From Entomortierella parvispora E1425 (Eukaryota; Fungi; Mortierellomycota), in the NCBI GenBank assembly GCA_020891255.1, contig BQFW01000011.1, forward strand, positions 1,178,001-1,242,000: a stretch of 64,000 nucleotides of DNA. The letters run 5' to 3'. Under the pieces are notes generated by a model that saw nothing but the letters and a program-made list of their open reading frames with translations, did no database searches and was not told the origin of the DNA. Position numbers and translations under genes: made by a program. Positions 24,869-39,290 of the stretch are shown in pieces; position 1 is the stretch's first letter; every line of letters starts with the position of its first letter.

Positions 24869-27800
24869 CTACGTTTTCGCGATACGCTCCTTAGCAGGGA
24901 TGAACGACGATGAGAAGTCGAAGTTGACGTTCTTGTTCATCTCTGATTTGGCGGGTGCTCCTCCGTTCTTCATTTCCCTCTTCAAACGCTCCTGTCGTCT
25001 GGCTTCGACCGCCGCTGCCAAAGCCGCCTTAGCCTTGGCTTGCTTGGGCGTCAACTCTTCAACCGGGATGGCGGCTAACATTGCGCCAAGGCCGGGCTTA
25101 CTAGTGGTGGTAGCGGTTGAAGAACCTGTGGTGACGCCAGTCGAGACCGAGGAACTGGACGAGTTCTTGGACATGGCTGTGGAGAGTGCCAGAGGACCTG
25201 ATCGGGGAAAGTTATCCTCGTTCATATTCACACTGATGTCTGCTCCAAAGGATCCACCATAAAAGTCCCCTGGGTTCGGCTTCCGCGTGGCTGATTTGGA
25301 CCCTGAGCTAGAGGTATCGTTGCTGGACTTTGATGTAACAGATCTTGAATCGGAGAAGGGTCTTGAATGGCCGCTGAAACTACCAGCCCTATTACTGCCG
25401 TTGAGAGTGCTACCCATCATCGAGCCAGCATCTGATCCATAGGGGGGAGAAGAGCCGAAGAGAGGGAGCGTATCCTTGCGAACAGGCGTAGTATCCAATG
25501 GTGCGTTCTTGGTCGCAATCTCCACAGCATCCCGCATTGTTTGGATCCAGAGGTCACGCTCTTCTCGACTCCGGCACTGCATCATTTGTTTCCGGCCTTT
25601 GTTCGCGATTTGAATCGAGTTGGGTAGCTGGGGCAGCGCTGGATTGTCTTCGGCGATGTTCACTTGAGATCTTGCCAAGTCAAACATGCCCTGAAGAGAG
25701 GAGACAGAAAAAAAAGCGTGTTAGGTCATTGCTGGTCAACCAATGGAGTCTTTCTCAGCTGGTCTCATCTTTTTCTTTACCTTGAACTGGTAAACATTCT
25801 TCTTGGGATCAAAACGCGCGTATAACAACACGTCGCTCATTAAGTAATACGTCCTAGGCTCTAACTGAAGTGTCGCATCGACCTTATGCAAGTCTGCCCG
25901 AAGAATCAACCGCCGTGCCGGCGTCATGATCGGTTCTGGGAGTCCGATCATATTGGACTGAATGTCCCAGAGAGTCAATTGGTCTTGCGCCATTATCCGC
26001 TTTGGTCGGAGCTCGGATGCAACAATATTAACCGCCTCTACGGCTCGTATTAGGTTGTAATAGTCCGGGTGGCCGGGCTGTGTGGCCTGACAGATGGCAT
26101 AGATAAGATCGCGATAAGTCGAAAGACGCTTGAGTGGGAAGGCCAACATCAGGTGGAGACTAGCCGTGCCTGGCGGGTTGTCTACTGCACATTGCTGTTC
26201 GAGGTCAGGAAGGGAGGGGTGAAGAAGGGAAGAGGAGAGAAAGAGAAAGTAAGCGACTATAAGTTAAATGCCGCGTTCTTCTACAATGTCCAGTTTTCAC
26301 AAAGGAAATCCGACCGGGCAATAGAGGGAGCTGCTTCTTACCTCCATGAACTTTTTATATTGGGGTGTCCTTGAGATTCGGTCCAGAACAGTGAGAGCCG
26401 CATGAAAGTTCGTAAAGTACGTACTATATATCTTGAACCTTGGAATCTTTGGTTTGGAACAGGGCACAACAAAACAGTACAATACAAAACAAAAACAAAT
26501 AAAATTTCAAGGTTAGCATTATAATATCTCATCAAACATATGTAGACGAGAAGGAGGACCCTTTTGGGAGAGCAGAGAAGGAATAAGGAGCTACAGGGGA
26601 AGGTACGCACCACTTGTAAGAGCAAATCACTCATGATCTGTGTTGGTCCCCAAATCTTGGAACGGTCTTCAAGCATGGATCGGATATCTTCATGAAAAGT
26701 AATGAGCTGGTCAAGGTTGCCAAAGAGGATATCAATCTCCTCCTTGGTCGCCACAGCCTTCCCGGAGCCACCTGGGCCAAGAAGAGTTTTCTTGCTCGTG
26801 TCGGGATGCTGAAGGTTGTGCAGAAGGGGCTGCTGATAACAGGACTGGATTTCTTGTAGCGAACGCAGGTAATCCTCCTCAGAGTCGTAGAGATGCCGCA
26901 CCAGTGATTCGCGTTGCAGGTGACTCCTTTCGGCTTCGATTAACTGCGATTCGTTGAATCGTTCTAAATGATTCGGAAAAAAAAAAAATGTCAGAAGACG
27001 AGGGGAAAAGTACCGAACTGGACCTGTCAAATAGTAGTTGGGCAGCCTTGAAACCACATATGGGTTCTGGTACTCTGGTAACCCCTCAAAGTCTCGAGCA
27101 GCCAAACAGCCAGTCAATCGAAGGAACGAAGGAAGGGAGGGGGAGGATTTTTGCTTTACCTTCTCCGTCAACGTCCAAGGCTGCCAGTTCGTCCTCGCCA
27201 AAGTAATCAAGCAGGTCTTCTACAATGGCAAGAGACTCGGACATGTCAAAGGTGCCTAATGCGAACCCAGTGTTTGTCGTCATCTTCACGGTCATGGCAG
27301 GGTCGGGGGTTGACCTTGAATCCGCTTGAGCCAGTTTATCTCTCAAAATCTGTTGCTGCATCCGGCGACGGTCTTCCATCTCCTCAAACTCTTCCTCAGT
27401 CATGCCCAAGGGAATCTTGGGCTTGCTGTAACCACCTTGGTCTTGGTGGTGGTGCTGTTGTTGCTGTTGTTGCTGATGGTGCTGTGGAGGTGTAGATGGA
27501 GGCTGTGGTTGTCCCGGCCCATAGTTTTGGTAAGCATGCGCATCCAAAGACTGATAATGTTGACTCTGGTTGCGCGAAGGGAACTGAGGAAGGGAAGGAG
27601 CTTGCGGGGAAACGCCCATGCTTCTAGGCAGACCCGTCATAGGCCTTGGATCGGGCTGTAGTGAACTGTGGTAATGTTGATGGTGCTGCATGCTGAGAGA
27701 GGACTCTTCTTTGTTTTCGTTTGAAGACTGAAAGGAAGAGTAGTACGATGGCTGGTTCAGAACAGGCTGTTCGTAGACTGTCGAGAGAGAAAGCGAGTGA

Positions 27801-28492
27801 GAGCGCGGCCGAGGTCGGGCAGGGGTATGGGCCGAGTTGGGGACGACAACAGAGCCACTGGATGGAGGTGTTGGCAAGTAGGTGTCGCGGTTGTTGAGCT
27901 GATGGCGCTCGGGGTGAAGGGGGAAAGGATGATGTCGTTGAAGACACAAAGAAGGAGTGGTGGTACAAGAGGGTCGTGTGCTGCTGGAGGCGGTGTGACC
28001 GAAGGTTGAACGAGATTCTGTGGCGCTCGCTGTCGAATCAAAGCGCGGGTGAGGGAACCCGGGATTGGTGCTGGCGCTGGTTAAGGTGTGGTGATCGTCA
28101 AGAAATGTCGAAGAGAGGGGTGAGGAGGGAGGGGATGGATGGTGGTGGTGGGAGGAAGGAGAGGAGGAGCACGAGCAGGGGTCGGGCTGCGAGTGAAGGT
28201 TGTTGTGGTCAGTGAAAAGACGAGAAGAGCCACGGCGATGCGGGGAAGGCGGGAGAGAGAGCGACGAGGGGAAGTTTGAGGGAAGGGAAGAAGGAGAAGG
28301 AAAAGAAGAGGAAGAAGAGGAAGAAGAGGAAGAAGAAGAAGATGTAAAAGACCCTTGGCGGATGTGATGAGCACCTTGCGCATGCGAGCGGGGGGCATGA
28401 GCGCCATTGTGTCCATTGTGTCCATTGCTGCTGTCAGCCAGCGGCGAGGCTGGCAACGGTGCAACGGCGAAAGGAGACGCGGGGGGAGACAT
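24869..28492 (-). CDS. Rho guanine-nucleotide exchange factor (DH-PH)
   Basis: Five coding exons. After a Ser/His/Gln-rich N-terminus come RESLVRHLYDSEEDYLRSL, LFGNLDQLITFH, FKIYSTYFTNF, LAFPLKRLSTYRDL..TQPGHPDY (DH), then RRLILRADL..RTYYLMSDVLLYA..SREERDLWIQTM (PH). A branch/acceptor at ~28510-28537 suggests an upstream exon. Confidence 0.88.
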
Positions 28493-31400
28493 GCTATTCG
28501 GTCGCTATTGAGTCGTTGAATGAATCGACGCTGTTAGACTACTCTTCACTCTTCGCGTCTGCCTTGATGTCAACAAACACAAACGCAGCAGAAAAACAAG
28601 GGCAAGAGAAGCAAAGGTGAACCCTAGTCAACTCAACACCACCGTAACCTTCCTTCTTATCCGCTGGCGATGGATTGAATGTCCTCTCATCATCCCTCCT
28701 CCCTCCCTCCATCTTCACCCATGATGATGGATAGTGTTGAGGATCCCCTTTTTTTCTTTTTCGAACTCGGGGCAGAGAGAACAGAATGAGCAACAGGAAG
28801 CGGCCAAAAGGAATTTTTTCCCTCCCTCTCTTTTTTTAATCTCCCAGCCAAAAGGTTGATGTGTCTGTGCACTCGCCGGCAGCAACCAAGACCTGGCGGG
28901 GTAAGGTTCGAACGCAGTAACCTGTTGTCATGATGGTAGCAAAACACAAGAAAAAGCAGGGGGAGGGGGTGCGATAACAAGAACAAGCAAAAGGTCCATA
29001 CCCCTTGCTGCCTCCCATGGTTCTCGCGTGGCACTCGATCATCGCCATTGCCATCGCTGCCCCCAGATCTTTTGTATTGGCAGACTTATGTTGCCTAATG
29101 GCCCATATCCCGCCGTCGTCCTCTTGCTCACCGACCCTCTCTTTACCCCACCCTCGGTCTTTTCTGTTCTAGGCAAAGGTACATGTCGATGTATCTCCGC
29201 TGGAATACTAATCAAATTCATTAGTGTAGCGACGAGGAAGCTGTGGAAGATGATTCACCTGTCTACTACCCTCCTATTGCACTGCGCCTGGCCCTCTTCC
29301 AGTTTGACAAAACAGGAAGAAAGGGCTTGGACCCAACCAACCAATGAGTCTGGATCTGCAGTCGCGTAAGGGATTGGAGGAAATTCAAGGAAGCAACCTG
29401 AGAGAGAAAAAAACAGAAAAAAAGACAAGCACAACAGCTCGAGCAGGCGCTGAGACGAACAAGGTTGGATGTCCTCTTCATTCCCACTGTTGCGAAGCCA
29501 TCTCTGTGTCAAGGTTCGAAACGGCCAACACAAGGTAAAGAAAAGCCATGCGGCAGCCGTTTGCCATCTCTCCTCAACTTTTTTTGACTTCGCTCACTCT
29601 TCTTGCTCTGCCAGCATCATCACTCCTTAGGTAATTTAAAGTGTGCAGGGGACGAAAAGGCAATCAAGGGCACGCGCAAAGGTGGACGTCCTAAAAAACA
29701 TAAATGGGAAGGAAGAGCTGGCCTGGGCGTTTTGCGAAATGGCTTGGCCTTGAGCCGTTGACCGAGATGATTAACAGAATCTTTTTTTTTTTGGGCGCGA
29801 TCAAGAGATATGTGAACAGGCCCATGCTCATTGGCATATAGCAGGCATCTCTTAACCTAAGTGGCCTCGCCAACAAGCGGGCCATACAGCTTTTCAAAGA
29901 TGAGCGATTGGCGCAAGGAAATGGTACATGTACGTGGCTGGGGGTATCGCTGTGTCTCTGCCATGCAGTGGCAAGAGTTGGTTTGTGGAGGTCGAACATG
30001 AATCACTCGCTCACTGCTTTTCAGCCCCTGCAGCCGACTATCAACACAAAAGTACTGTCACTTTCGGCCGCTTGCCCTTTGCAGGATCTTTTTTTTTTTT
30101 TTGCCTTCCGTACCCCAGATCAAGTACCCAGAAAACAGAACAAGGAAAAGGGGCGTTGCGCACTCATGGATGTTCACTTCAAAGATTGGGCAAAGTAAAA
30201 AGGAAAAGCATCTACTCCTCACTCTCTCTTTTCTATCTCTCTCCCTCTTCATCTCATAGACGGTAACCTTGGACTCTTACCTTGGATCAGATCGCGAACT
30301 TTGGAGTAGATAGAAGACAAAACTGACATAAAAAGTGGATGCCTTCTAAGGACGGAGGAAGATGGAGGCGACGGAAAGGAACGCAAACTGAAATGTACGT
30401 GCATCTCTGGTATTTATTAGGCAGAAAGGAGAAGCTCAGCAAGTTCATCCTTCAATCAATCTTAGTCCCATGGCGACAAAGAATGAAGGAGCAACAAACT
30501 GGGGTCTCCACTCTCCCCCACGAGCTTCGTTCCAAGCTGAAAAAAGTCCGGGGTAAAGAGGTTCACAGTGCTAGCGAGCCGATGGTTATGTGTGTAAATG
30601 TGCCTGAGTTGCTCCCTGTGCAACATTTCCAAGAGAGCCACAAGAAGGAAAAACCTCAAAGCAAGATAAACATGTTGAACCAAACACACGCACGCCCGCA
30701 GAACGAAAAAAAAGTGGGGACTGTCCACACTCTTTTCTGCCTACAGCATTGCTAAGATCGTCACGAAAAGGAGACACAAGTCAATCAAAAGGATATGGAC
30801 CCCTGCTTGATTTGAGCCAATGATTGCAGCAGCGTCACTTGTTTGGCTAGAAAAAGAAAGCATGCGGGGTCCAATTGCAGGGAAACCGGTAAGTCATGTA
30901 CCCTTCGTAGAGTACTCTGTTGATCCAAGACAGACCACTACAGCTAAAACGAGACTCCGCGAGCGCCTCAAGGTTCTCTCATCCCCCAACTTTGCTTATC
31001 ACACGACTTTATCGGGACGCCCACCCCCACCCCCACCCCCATTGTAAACCCGCCCTTCAAAGTTCGTTTCTTTATTGTCAATATTGTGATACCGATACTA
31101 CCTGACTGAGACTCTGATCTTCTTTCTGGCTGTTGCTTTTGCCAGCAGCACCAAAGTTGTGGGTATGTGGGTCTAAGGCAGACCAAGCGTAAAATGGGCA
31201 TGCTTTAGCCCTCCAGATATCTCCGGGCCGTACACTTTTGGCTCGCGTCGTGATAACCGCGGACAGTGAAAATAAAAGGTTGTATCCCAAAATGGTGTTC
31301 CCCGCACTTTTTTGAAAGTCAGCTCAACATCTGAGCTGAAGAACATAGACCCCGGCTCACTTGGGAAGATGGGAAGGAGTCAGGGAAACTCTCGGGCTGT

Positions 31401-31652
31401 CGTCGGAGAGTGATGTTAGGAGACCGGAGCTTGCCGGTCGACGCCAAGGTCCGGAGGACGAAAGGACCTGCAAAATCGATCATTTAGCACTCACAACAAT
31501 GAACATGTTTATCATCAGCCCCTAGTCTTGTGGACCATTCTTCTTGGGTTGTCTCTGGTGACTTGACTGCCCCCTTTGCTTTCACTTGGACCAACGCCAC
31601 ACTTCCGTTTCTTCTCCGCCTTTTTTTTTTTTTTTTGGTTGGTGTTACCAGT

Positions 31653-32170
31653 GGAGAGTTTAGGGATCTCTCCAGTGGTGCCAATGTCGGAGAGGCTCGT
31701 AAGAGGTGAGACCATGGCTTGATAGAGAATCCATCCTCTCAAGGAAGTTTTCGGGAGGCAAGGGGGGCCACCATGTTTGGCACCCTTTGTGCCCAGTGAC
31801 CAGATGTGTTCTCCTTTCCTTGTAAAGATCATGGTGAGCGAATAGAACACGGGCCATATGCACGCGTAGAAACTATTATTAATGTTCTCCGACAAGGCCC
31901 TTTTCGAAAGATCCCTGCATCTCGCCTTGTAATCTACTTGGACAAGTGTGCTCTCGATCTTCCTGCTGCACCCATCGATCTCAAAAAATACCTGCGTGCA
32001 ACCATAACTTACTCTGTTGTCGAGTTCACGAGAAACCACCTCTCCAGCTCACTCGAGCAGTTCTGACAGGAGATCATCCAATACACAGGTGGACAGTCAA
32101 CTGCCTTCGGCCCTCACATCACCCAGCCACTTCAGCAGAGCACAACAATCAACAAATGCCAGATTTTCCA
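31653..32170 (+). pseudogene. Possible decayed coding sequence, unidentified
   Basis: About 173 codons in one frame with only three internal TGA stops, after a T-tract/CAG acceptor. The in-register antisense frame holds a 174-codon ORF. No family was recognised. Confidence 0.25.
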
Positions 32171-32698
32171 TTTTTTTTTTTCAAAGCAAAAACGGGGGGA
32201 TGGATGTGTGGTTGGTCGGTTTTTTGATGGGCAAAAAGAAAGAATCCTTGATTTCACAACATGAATCGATGCTCCTCGACAAGAGGAGCACCACGCATTT
32301 GGTCCCAGGTGAAAGGGATGACTTTTTACTTGTCCACATTGCTGCTCAAATAATTGTTGACCTAGATTTCTATTAGGAATGGTGCGAATCTCTATGAGCC
32401 TTGGTTTTCAAGTCGCACCAGACGACTGCGACAATCCTTCAGGAGTGCTTGGCCCCTTCATACACGGGTGCAGAGGGTAAGAGAGACAATGCACAGAGAA
32501 AAAAGAAAAAAAATCGGCCAGGATGTCTTAATTTTCCGTAGGGTCAAGGCGAAGCTGCTTGTTCGGTGAGTGGCTGTGTGTTGTGGGTACTAGCGTGTCT
32601 TTTCTCTGTTGTTGTCCAAAGATCAATGGCTCGACCGTGCATTCTTTTTTTCACTCTCTTCCCTCTCGGATCAATTACCTTCGGCTCCCCACCCCATC

Positions 32699-34464
32699 AT
32701 GGACTCGCTGCCAAAGGACCTTTCTGAGGCTTTGGAGTGTGTCGAACAAATGTCGATCAGCGGGAAGCACCCTCACAACAGTATTTTCGCCAGCTCAGCT
32801 ACGGCGGACAGACCCTTTCCATTACCAGTCGAGATCATGCTCAATGTCTTTGACAATCTTACAGTTCCGGAGCTGATACCTTCACAGTCCGTCTCGCGTC
32901 AGTTCCGAATCATGTCAAGAACAGTCCTCCTTGACAAGCTTGGGGGCAGGTTTCTTCAAAGCCTACAGCAACAATGGGATTGTGTAGAATGCAAGGCGTT
33001 GCAGGAAAAACGGATGCAAACGCGACAGTGGGTTCATTCCCCTCCACGATCTGCCAGCGTTGGAGGAGGTGACATGCATGGCCTTCCACCACTGCCGAAC
33101 CACCACCAAAGTACCAACACTGCAATGATGAACCAATCCCAACACCAAGCCTCCCACCACCTCTATCAGCATCAGTCCATGGAGGATCTGGGCCAGCATT
33201 ATCAAACAGACCTTCATATATTTCATCAAAATCACAGCTACAACATCCCATCGGCGGCTCCACTATCTTCTTTGTCGTCGTCCATGATCCCCTCACCAGA
33301 ACCTCAACAATCTCATCAGCACCCATCTCTTTACCATGGACAGCCTAGATCACACCACCATGACCCTGGTTTCGTCGCCCCGGGAACCGTGGCGCTCTTT
33401 CTCTTTCCACACCACGACCATACTCCGACAGGTTGGCAGGACCGTCAGTCGGTTCATTTTCAATGCTCGGGGATTGATCGTGAAAGGGAGCAATTGATCT
33501 TTACTCCTGTCATCCGAGAAAACGACAGTTTGAAGTTCAACACCAACTCATGGAACTTGCCCTCAGCCCCGGCGGCCGTGACTCTCCCTCCTTTACCGAC
33601 TCGGAGTATTAACCCATTCAGTGCCGTGGCTGCAGCGGCGGCCTCTGCAGCATCTGGATCAGAGACAGGTCTTCACCTGTTTGAGTATACGACTGGACGA
33701 TCCACATCAGGAGGAGTGGAACAGACCGACAACAGCGATTCCACAAGAGGCACCAGTAGCTACTCTTTTGCCAACCAGTTTTCATCCTCCTTTGGCTCAT
33801 CGGCACATTCTCGATCACCGTCAGTAGAGTCGACCTCGTCCTCCTCTTCCACGAATATTTCCTCACCACCCCTCTCATCTTCTAATTCTTCCTGTTCTTC
33901 CTCCCTATTCAACAACCCAAACTGGAGCACAGTCAACGGCCATGGTGGTGACCATTACAGTGTGATTGGGATCCGGCATGGCGATTGGCCCGAAGACCGG
34001 CCGACGGCCGGGCGCTGGTGGGGAGGAGGCCTAAACACTAACATGACACAGGAATCCATGATCTTTTTGCCTTGGGCGGCTGGACCGGGTGGACAGGGAT
34101 CCGTCGCTCATCACCGACAGTGGCTCTTACAACAGCAACAGCAAGAGCAAGGACAGCGACGGACACGAGGTTCGAAGAGTGGAGAGGACATGGAGGACGT
34201 GTCGCCCAACAACAAGGACGATCATGACTGCTGCTCCTCCAAAGTCCATATACATCGAATGTTTCAAATGACGACCCGCGCCCATAACCCTCCAGCGCAT
34301 CATCATCGGTTCTTGTGTTTGCACCATGACCAACTCATGACCGACATGGCTGCGTACAGCTCCGCCTCGGCTGCAGCTTCTTCCGCCATGGCTGCGAATG
34401 CGGAGCAGTACAATGTGAGTGTGACCGTGTCTTTGCCCCCACATCCAGTGTCGGATTATTCACT

Positions 34465-34498
<34 letters not shown>

Positions 34499-34770
34499 GG
34501 GCCAAAACAACATTGAAGTGCTGATCCCCCCCCTGTCTCAATTTTCACCTCAATGAAACATAGGTCAAGAATGAGTCGCGCGGGAGACCTTTGGCCCCTC
34601 TGATGTCCAGAGCTGGATCGAAATACCTGAGCATCGACTATGGTGCAAAGGTCATGGAGAGTAAGCGTTGTCTCTTTTGTCTTTCATCGCCCTGCAAGGC
34701 TAATTTGGAGATCCAGATCAAGTTTGACGAAGTCCGGGTTTCGCTCGACTGGATCCTGTCTGGATTCTGA
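32699..34770 (+). CDS. F-box domain protein with long low-complexity region
   Basis: Exons 32699-34413 and 34564-34770. F-box LPVEIMLNVFDNLTVPELIPSQSVSRQFRIMS; the second exon is in frame and ends IKFDEVRVSLDWILSGF-stop. Confidence 0.8.
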
Positions 34771-35221
34771 AAAAAAAAAAAAAAAAAAAAAAACAAACCA
34801 AAGACAACATGGTGAACATCAGGACGATAGGGCTGTAGACCACAATTTATTATTAATAATAAAAAAACCTACAACGGATGGGACTGATCGACGAGTTTTT
34901 TTTTGTGCGAAAAAGGTTCATTGTGTTCAAGCCCCTGTTTGATGGTTTGTTTGTTTGTTTGTGCTTAGAGGAATGATTATACACATGAAAATGTGGGGAT
35001 GGGATGTATGGATGGAAAGGGAAGAGAAGGGGACAGTACAGAAGAAGGGGGATACTGGTCGATTTCGGAAGCACGACCGAGGAATTGTCTTTTTTTGTAC
35101 AGATGCTAGGGTGTTGGGGGATATGGTGGGGATTTGTTTGTTTGTTAGAGAGAGAGCGAGGAGAAGGTGGTTGAAGATGGGATGGGGAGATGGGTATCAT
35201 GTTGTCGTTTCTCTTTTTTTT

Positions 35222-36196
35222 TTACTCGGAGCGAGAATGGACAGCCAAGCTACCTGTGGGCAATTGAATGACTGCACCCACAGATTGGAACAGACCAGCG
35301 GCCGCGTTGTACCAGGCCAACAAGGCAGTGATCACTCCCAAACCGCCACCGATACGTGTGATCATGTTGCCAGCGGCCAAGTGAGCCAAGTGACCCGAAG
35401 CCAAGAAGCAGAAAGTAATGGTCAAGATGAAGAACATGGACGACAAAGTCACGGTCGTTCTCAAAGTCGCAATCCAGAGCATGAACGTGAAGATGGCCCA
35501 GCCAACCAGGAAGATGCCCAGAGCGTTGTCCAAAGTGTGATCGGGCGAGCCTGTGTAACCAGGCACGATTCCAAAGCCAGGAATCAAGATGGCGGCATAC
35601 GCCAACCAGAACGAGCCATAGGAGCTGCAGAAAAGTGAAAAAAAAAATAGCGGGAGGCGAGAGCAAAGGAGATTAGATCAGGGTCTTCTTATCAGAGTTA
35701 AAGTAATTAACTCAACAAGATCCAATGGTTGGCTCTAATAGCCGATGGACGCTCAACAGCTGCAGCTGTTCATTTTTTGAAAGGGGGACTTACGTGAAGG
35801 CAGTACCACCAAAGTTGTTGCCAATCTTGAACTCCCACATGCCAGCGAGAATCTGGGCAAAGCCGCCATAAAAGACAGCAAGACCGGTGACGACCTGGAC
35901 AGGTCCGCCCGAAGGAACACCAGCGCCCATGTTGAAGAGGGAGAGGACGACTGTTGAAGGGGAAGACAAGATAAAAAAAGAATGTTATTCTCAGTGTAAC
36001 GTCGTTCCTGGAGGATGGCCAGTGATGGTTTTCTAGCTGCCAAAACGGAGGCTCCCATAGCAAAGGGGAGGGTGGAAGGAAGGAGAGGACCCTTACAGGT
36101 AGTGAGGGCGAAGGCGGAGAGTCCCAAGGGACCGGGGTTGATGGAGACAGCGGGTGCGGCTGGGGAATGACCCTTGATATCACTGGCTTGAGACAT
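35222..36196 (-). CDS. GPR1/FUN34/YaaH (Ady2/SatP) family acetate transporter
   Basis: Three exons. Signature INPGPLGLSAFALTT, then FYGGFAQILAGMWEFKIGNNFGGTAFT, SYGSFWLAY and AWYNAAAGL. Confidence 0.92.
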
Positions 36197-37586
36197 GATG
36201 GTTACTGTGTTTGGAAGAGGGTCGGTGAAAGAGAGGAAGACAGGCAAGTGTGGAGGAAGAAAAGTGTCAAGAACGAGTCGGGGGGGAGCGAACGTCTTTA
36301 TATCGCGCAGAAAGCTGGCAAGGCAAGAAAAGAACAAAAAAAAGGAGAGAAGGGTTCAACGAAAGGACTCCAAGGGAGGGATGGAACATCGCAGCAACTC
36401 ACTCTCCCACTTCTCAGTCTCGCCCTCCACTCTCCCACTTTTCATTGATTGTCAGCCCAGTCAAGCGACGCACTCGCACCTTGGAAAAGACGAACTTTTG
36501 GACACGAATTCAAGACGACCAACAAGAAAAAAAAGCGGAGGGAGAAAAAATTGCTGAAAAACGTTCTGGTAACTTACTTTTCTGGTCTCTCCCCTCGACT
36601 CCAGACTGGTCCAGATCGCCCGTTTTTCTTTTCCTTCTGTCCTTCCTTGGAGGCTCGCTTGATGCTCAAGTGCATCCACATTTCGCAACCTGTCTCCTGT
36701 GTTGCTTGGTGTGTTGCGGATGACCTGTCTCCCTGTTCTGGTCCTGCGGCTCAAGAATGAGCAAGAGCACAACTCTTCTTTGCTTTGGAAATGCCGTTTA
36801 GTGTCCAACACGCTCCGAAGATCAGGACGGGTAGGAAGTGTAGATCGTAAGCAAATGGATGGACAAAACAACCACCACAATAATAAGCATCGAGTTCTCC
36901 CTCAGGGATGGATGGATGACCCTCCGATGCTCACTCGGGCATTCAGTAAGAGTCGCTCATCCAAAGGGGTTATTTTCCATCCTCATTTCCTCTTTTTTAC
37001 ATATGAATAAAGGAGGCCAGATCGCTGACACCTGCAACCGACATTGAAAGAGGGGGAGGGTGGGGCTTGTCGAAAATAGAACTGCGACTTTCTGGCCCCT
37101 CGAGGAAAGGGGCGGCGACTCCTACCCGCCTTCATACGCACCGTCTTCTTGTCTGTCGTCTGTTGGGGGGAGGAAAGCCCAGCAAACCAAAAAGAAAACG
37201 ACGAACAACTTTGTTGGATTCTCAACTTCGTTTCTAATCTCGTTTGAAACCCAAGGCCATCTTCTGTGTGGCCTGTGTGTGTGTCTGTCTTGTTCAAGTC
37301 GCTTTTTCACTCCATTCACTTGAGGGCCGACTGAGGGAGGTTTTGATTTCCATTGTATCCGATCCCGCCATGGTTCAGGTCCAGTGAATACACGTCCTAT
37401 CCGGCGACCGCAACCTGTTCGTGTCTTTTAATCTGATCCTACCCTTCCCGGTACGGACCTGATAAGTGAAGGGAAGAGAAAGCAGCGGAAAAAAATGCAT
37501 TGTAGAGAAACCGACCTGCCAGATAAGGTCCGCCCTGGACGCAAACAGACCGCCAGGAACGGGGAAAACGTGGAATCATCACTCAA

Positions 37587-39290
37587 TTGTTATTTTCATT
37601 TCACTCTTTGAACAACCTGATCGATCAACGGGTCTGCGCAAAGCAATTGGATATACCGTTGAAGGCTACCGAGCAAGTGCAGGGCTTTGAAATGCACGGA
37701 TCTGACTTTGATTCAGCCTTTGTACCTGTCTGGCTCAACGGTAGACTGCTGATAATGGTCCCTTCATCGACTCTGCCTCTGTTTGAAATGGCTGACAAAG
37801 GTGAGCGCGATCTGCAAAACATCAGGTGCAGCTGCGAAGCTGTAACCGATTAAGCTCAAGGAGCTAGGATCACCCTGGCAAACACCCAAAGGTGGTTGAC
37901 ACAGTGGATCCGCAAGAAGAGGACATCATATTCCATTCCCTAACAGACCGAGCTGGGGCTTTATTGTGAAGCAGAAATGCTGAATAGGGTGAAGTATATA
38001 CGAACGCCGGGATCATTGGAGCTGAACCTGCCTTTCTTCCTTATCAACGGTTTCGGCAATACGCCAAAGGGGAATTTGAGCAATCGCGGAAGAGTCTGTG
38101 TAAAGCTGAGAAAGAGAGAGAGAAAGAGAAAAAAAAAAACACGGGGATAGATGTCTCGCAGGCTCCTTGTTTTGTAGCTGTAGGTAGCTACTCCATGTCC
38201 CGTTTTCTTCAAACGCGTGAACTCGTAAGAATTTCCCTAGGAAGAGGATGAGATGTGGGCAGGCCGGATGGATCAATGGCTTATCTACTCAAGTAGGCTC
38301 ACCTGTCCAGACCAAACAAAAAAACACAACTTGGCCCTTCTCTCCTTGGAATTATATCTGCTCAAGAGTCCAAAAGCATGAAGTATCGAAACCCGGGCGT
38401 TTGTTTACTCGCGCCTCGATATAGCCCAACAGGGACGGCTCTCCGCCTGAAGCTTAGATGTGATTCAAAACACTTCACCCGTTACGGAACCCACCCTTCA
38501 GGAAAACCGGAAGCGAATATCAACCTGAGAAAAAAAGGGTGCAGGGGTATGGTCACAAGGTCAACATGGGCCCTTGCAGGTTGTTCATTGTTTACATTCC
38601 TGGTCCTCGCATGCGTTGTGCTTGTGCAGGTAAACTGCCCTTTGATCTGGCCCGACCAATCTTTTGGTTGGCAGAGTCCGCTTCTTGCGTCCTCAGTTGT
38701 GCTCCTCTCCCAACGCTCCGCCATTCCTGATTTCCATTGTCAGAATGAAGCACTTGCGATCAGGAAATTTTCTTCTTTCAGTCGCGAATGTAACACTGGA
38801 TGTCGCCCAGAAATTGAATGAGGAGACAAGATAGCGTTTGCTCAATCTCGGATCTGAGGCCATGCCTCCCTTGGTAGTATTGGCGATGGGCAGGTAGTCT
38901 TGGAAGAAGCCAATATTATGTTTGAAATTCATAATCTCAGTAATGAAGGCCAATTGTACCTTGCAATGAGCTTTGCCTGCTCGTCCATGCCTCAATGAAG
39001 AAGGAGCCAGGGCACCTGCTCATGATGTCAAGCATGAAGAAACATATATCAACGTTCTGATCAATCCAGACATCCTCTATGGGATCTTCACTCGGCCTAA
39101 CTGAAGGAAGCGAGGCTTCCAAGAGTCTACATCACTATATTTGACGCTAAATCCGTCGTGCCGAAATGACCACCTGCTGCCATGTCTGCCGTGTCTGCAA
39201 GGCGAGATTGGGGCCTTCACGTGAATCAAAAGGCGAATGTCATTCCTAAGCTCCTCCAGGCTGTAACACCAACAATGCCTGTTTGCCAAT
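37587..39290 (+). pseudogene. Possible decayed coding sequence(s), unidentified
   Basis: Several long, protein-like frames interrupted by few stops or frameshifts. No family was recognised. Confidence 0.2.
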
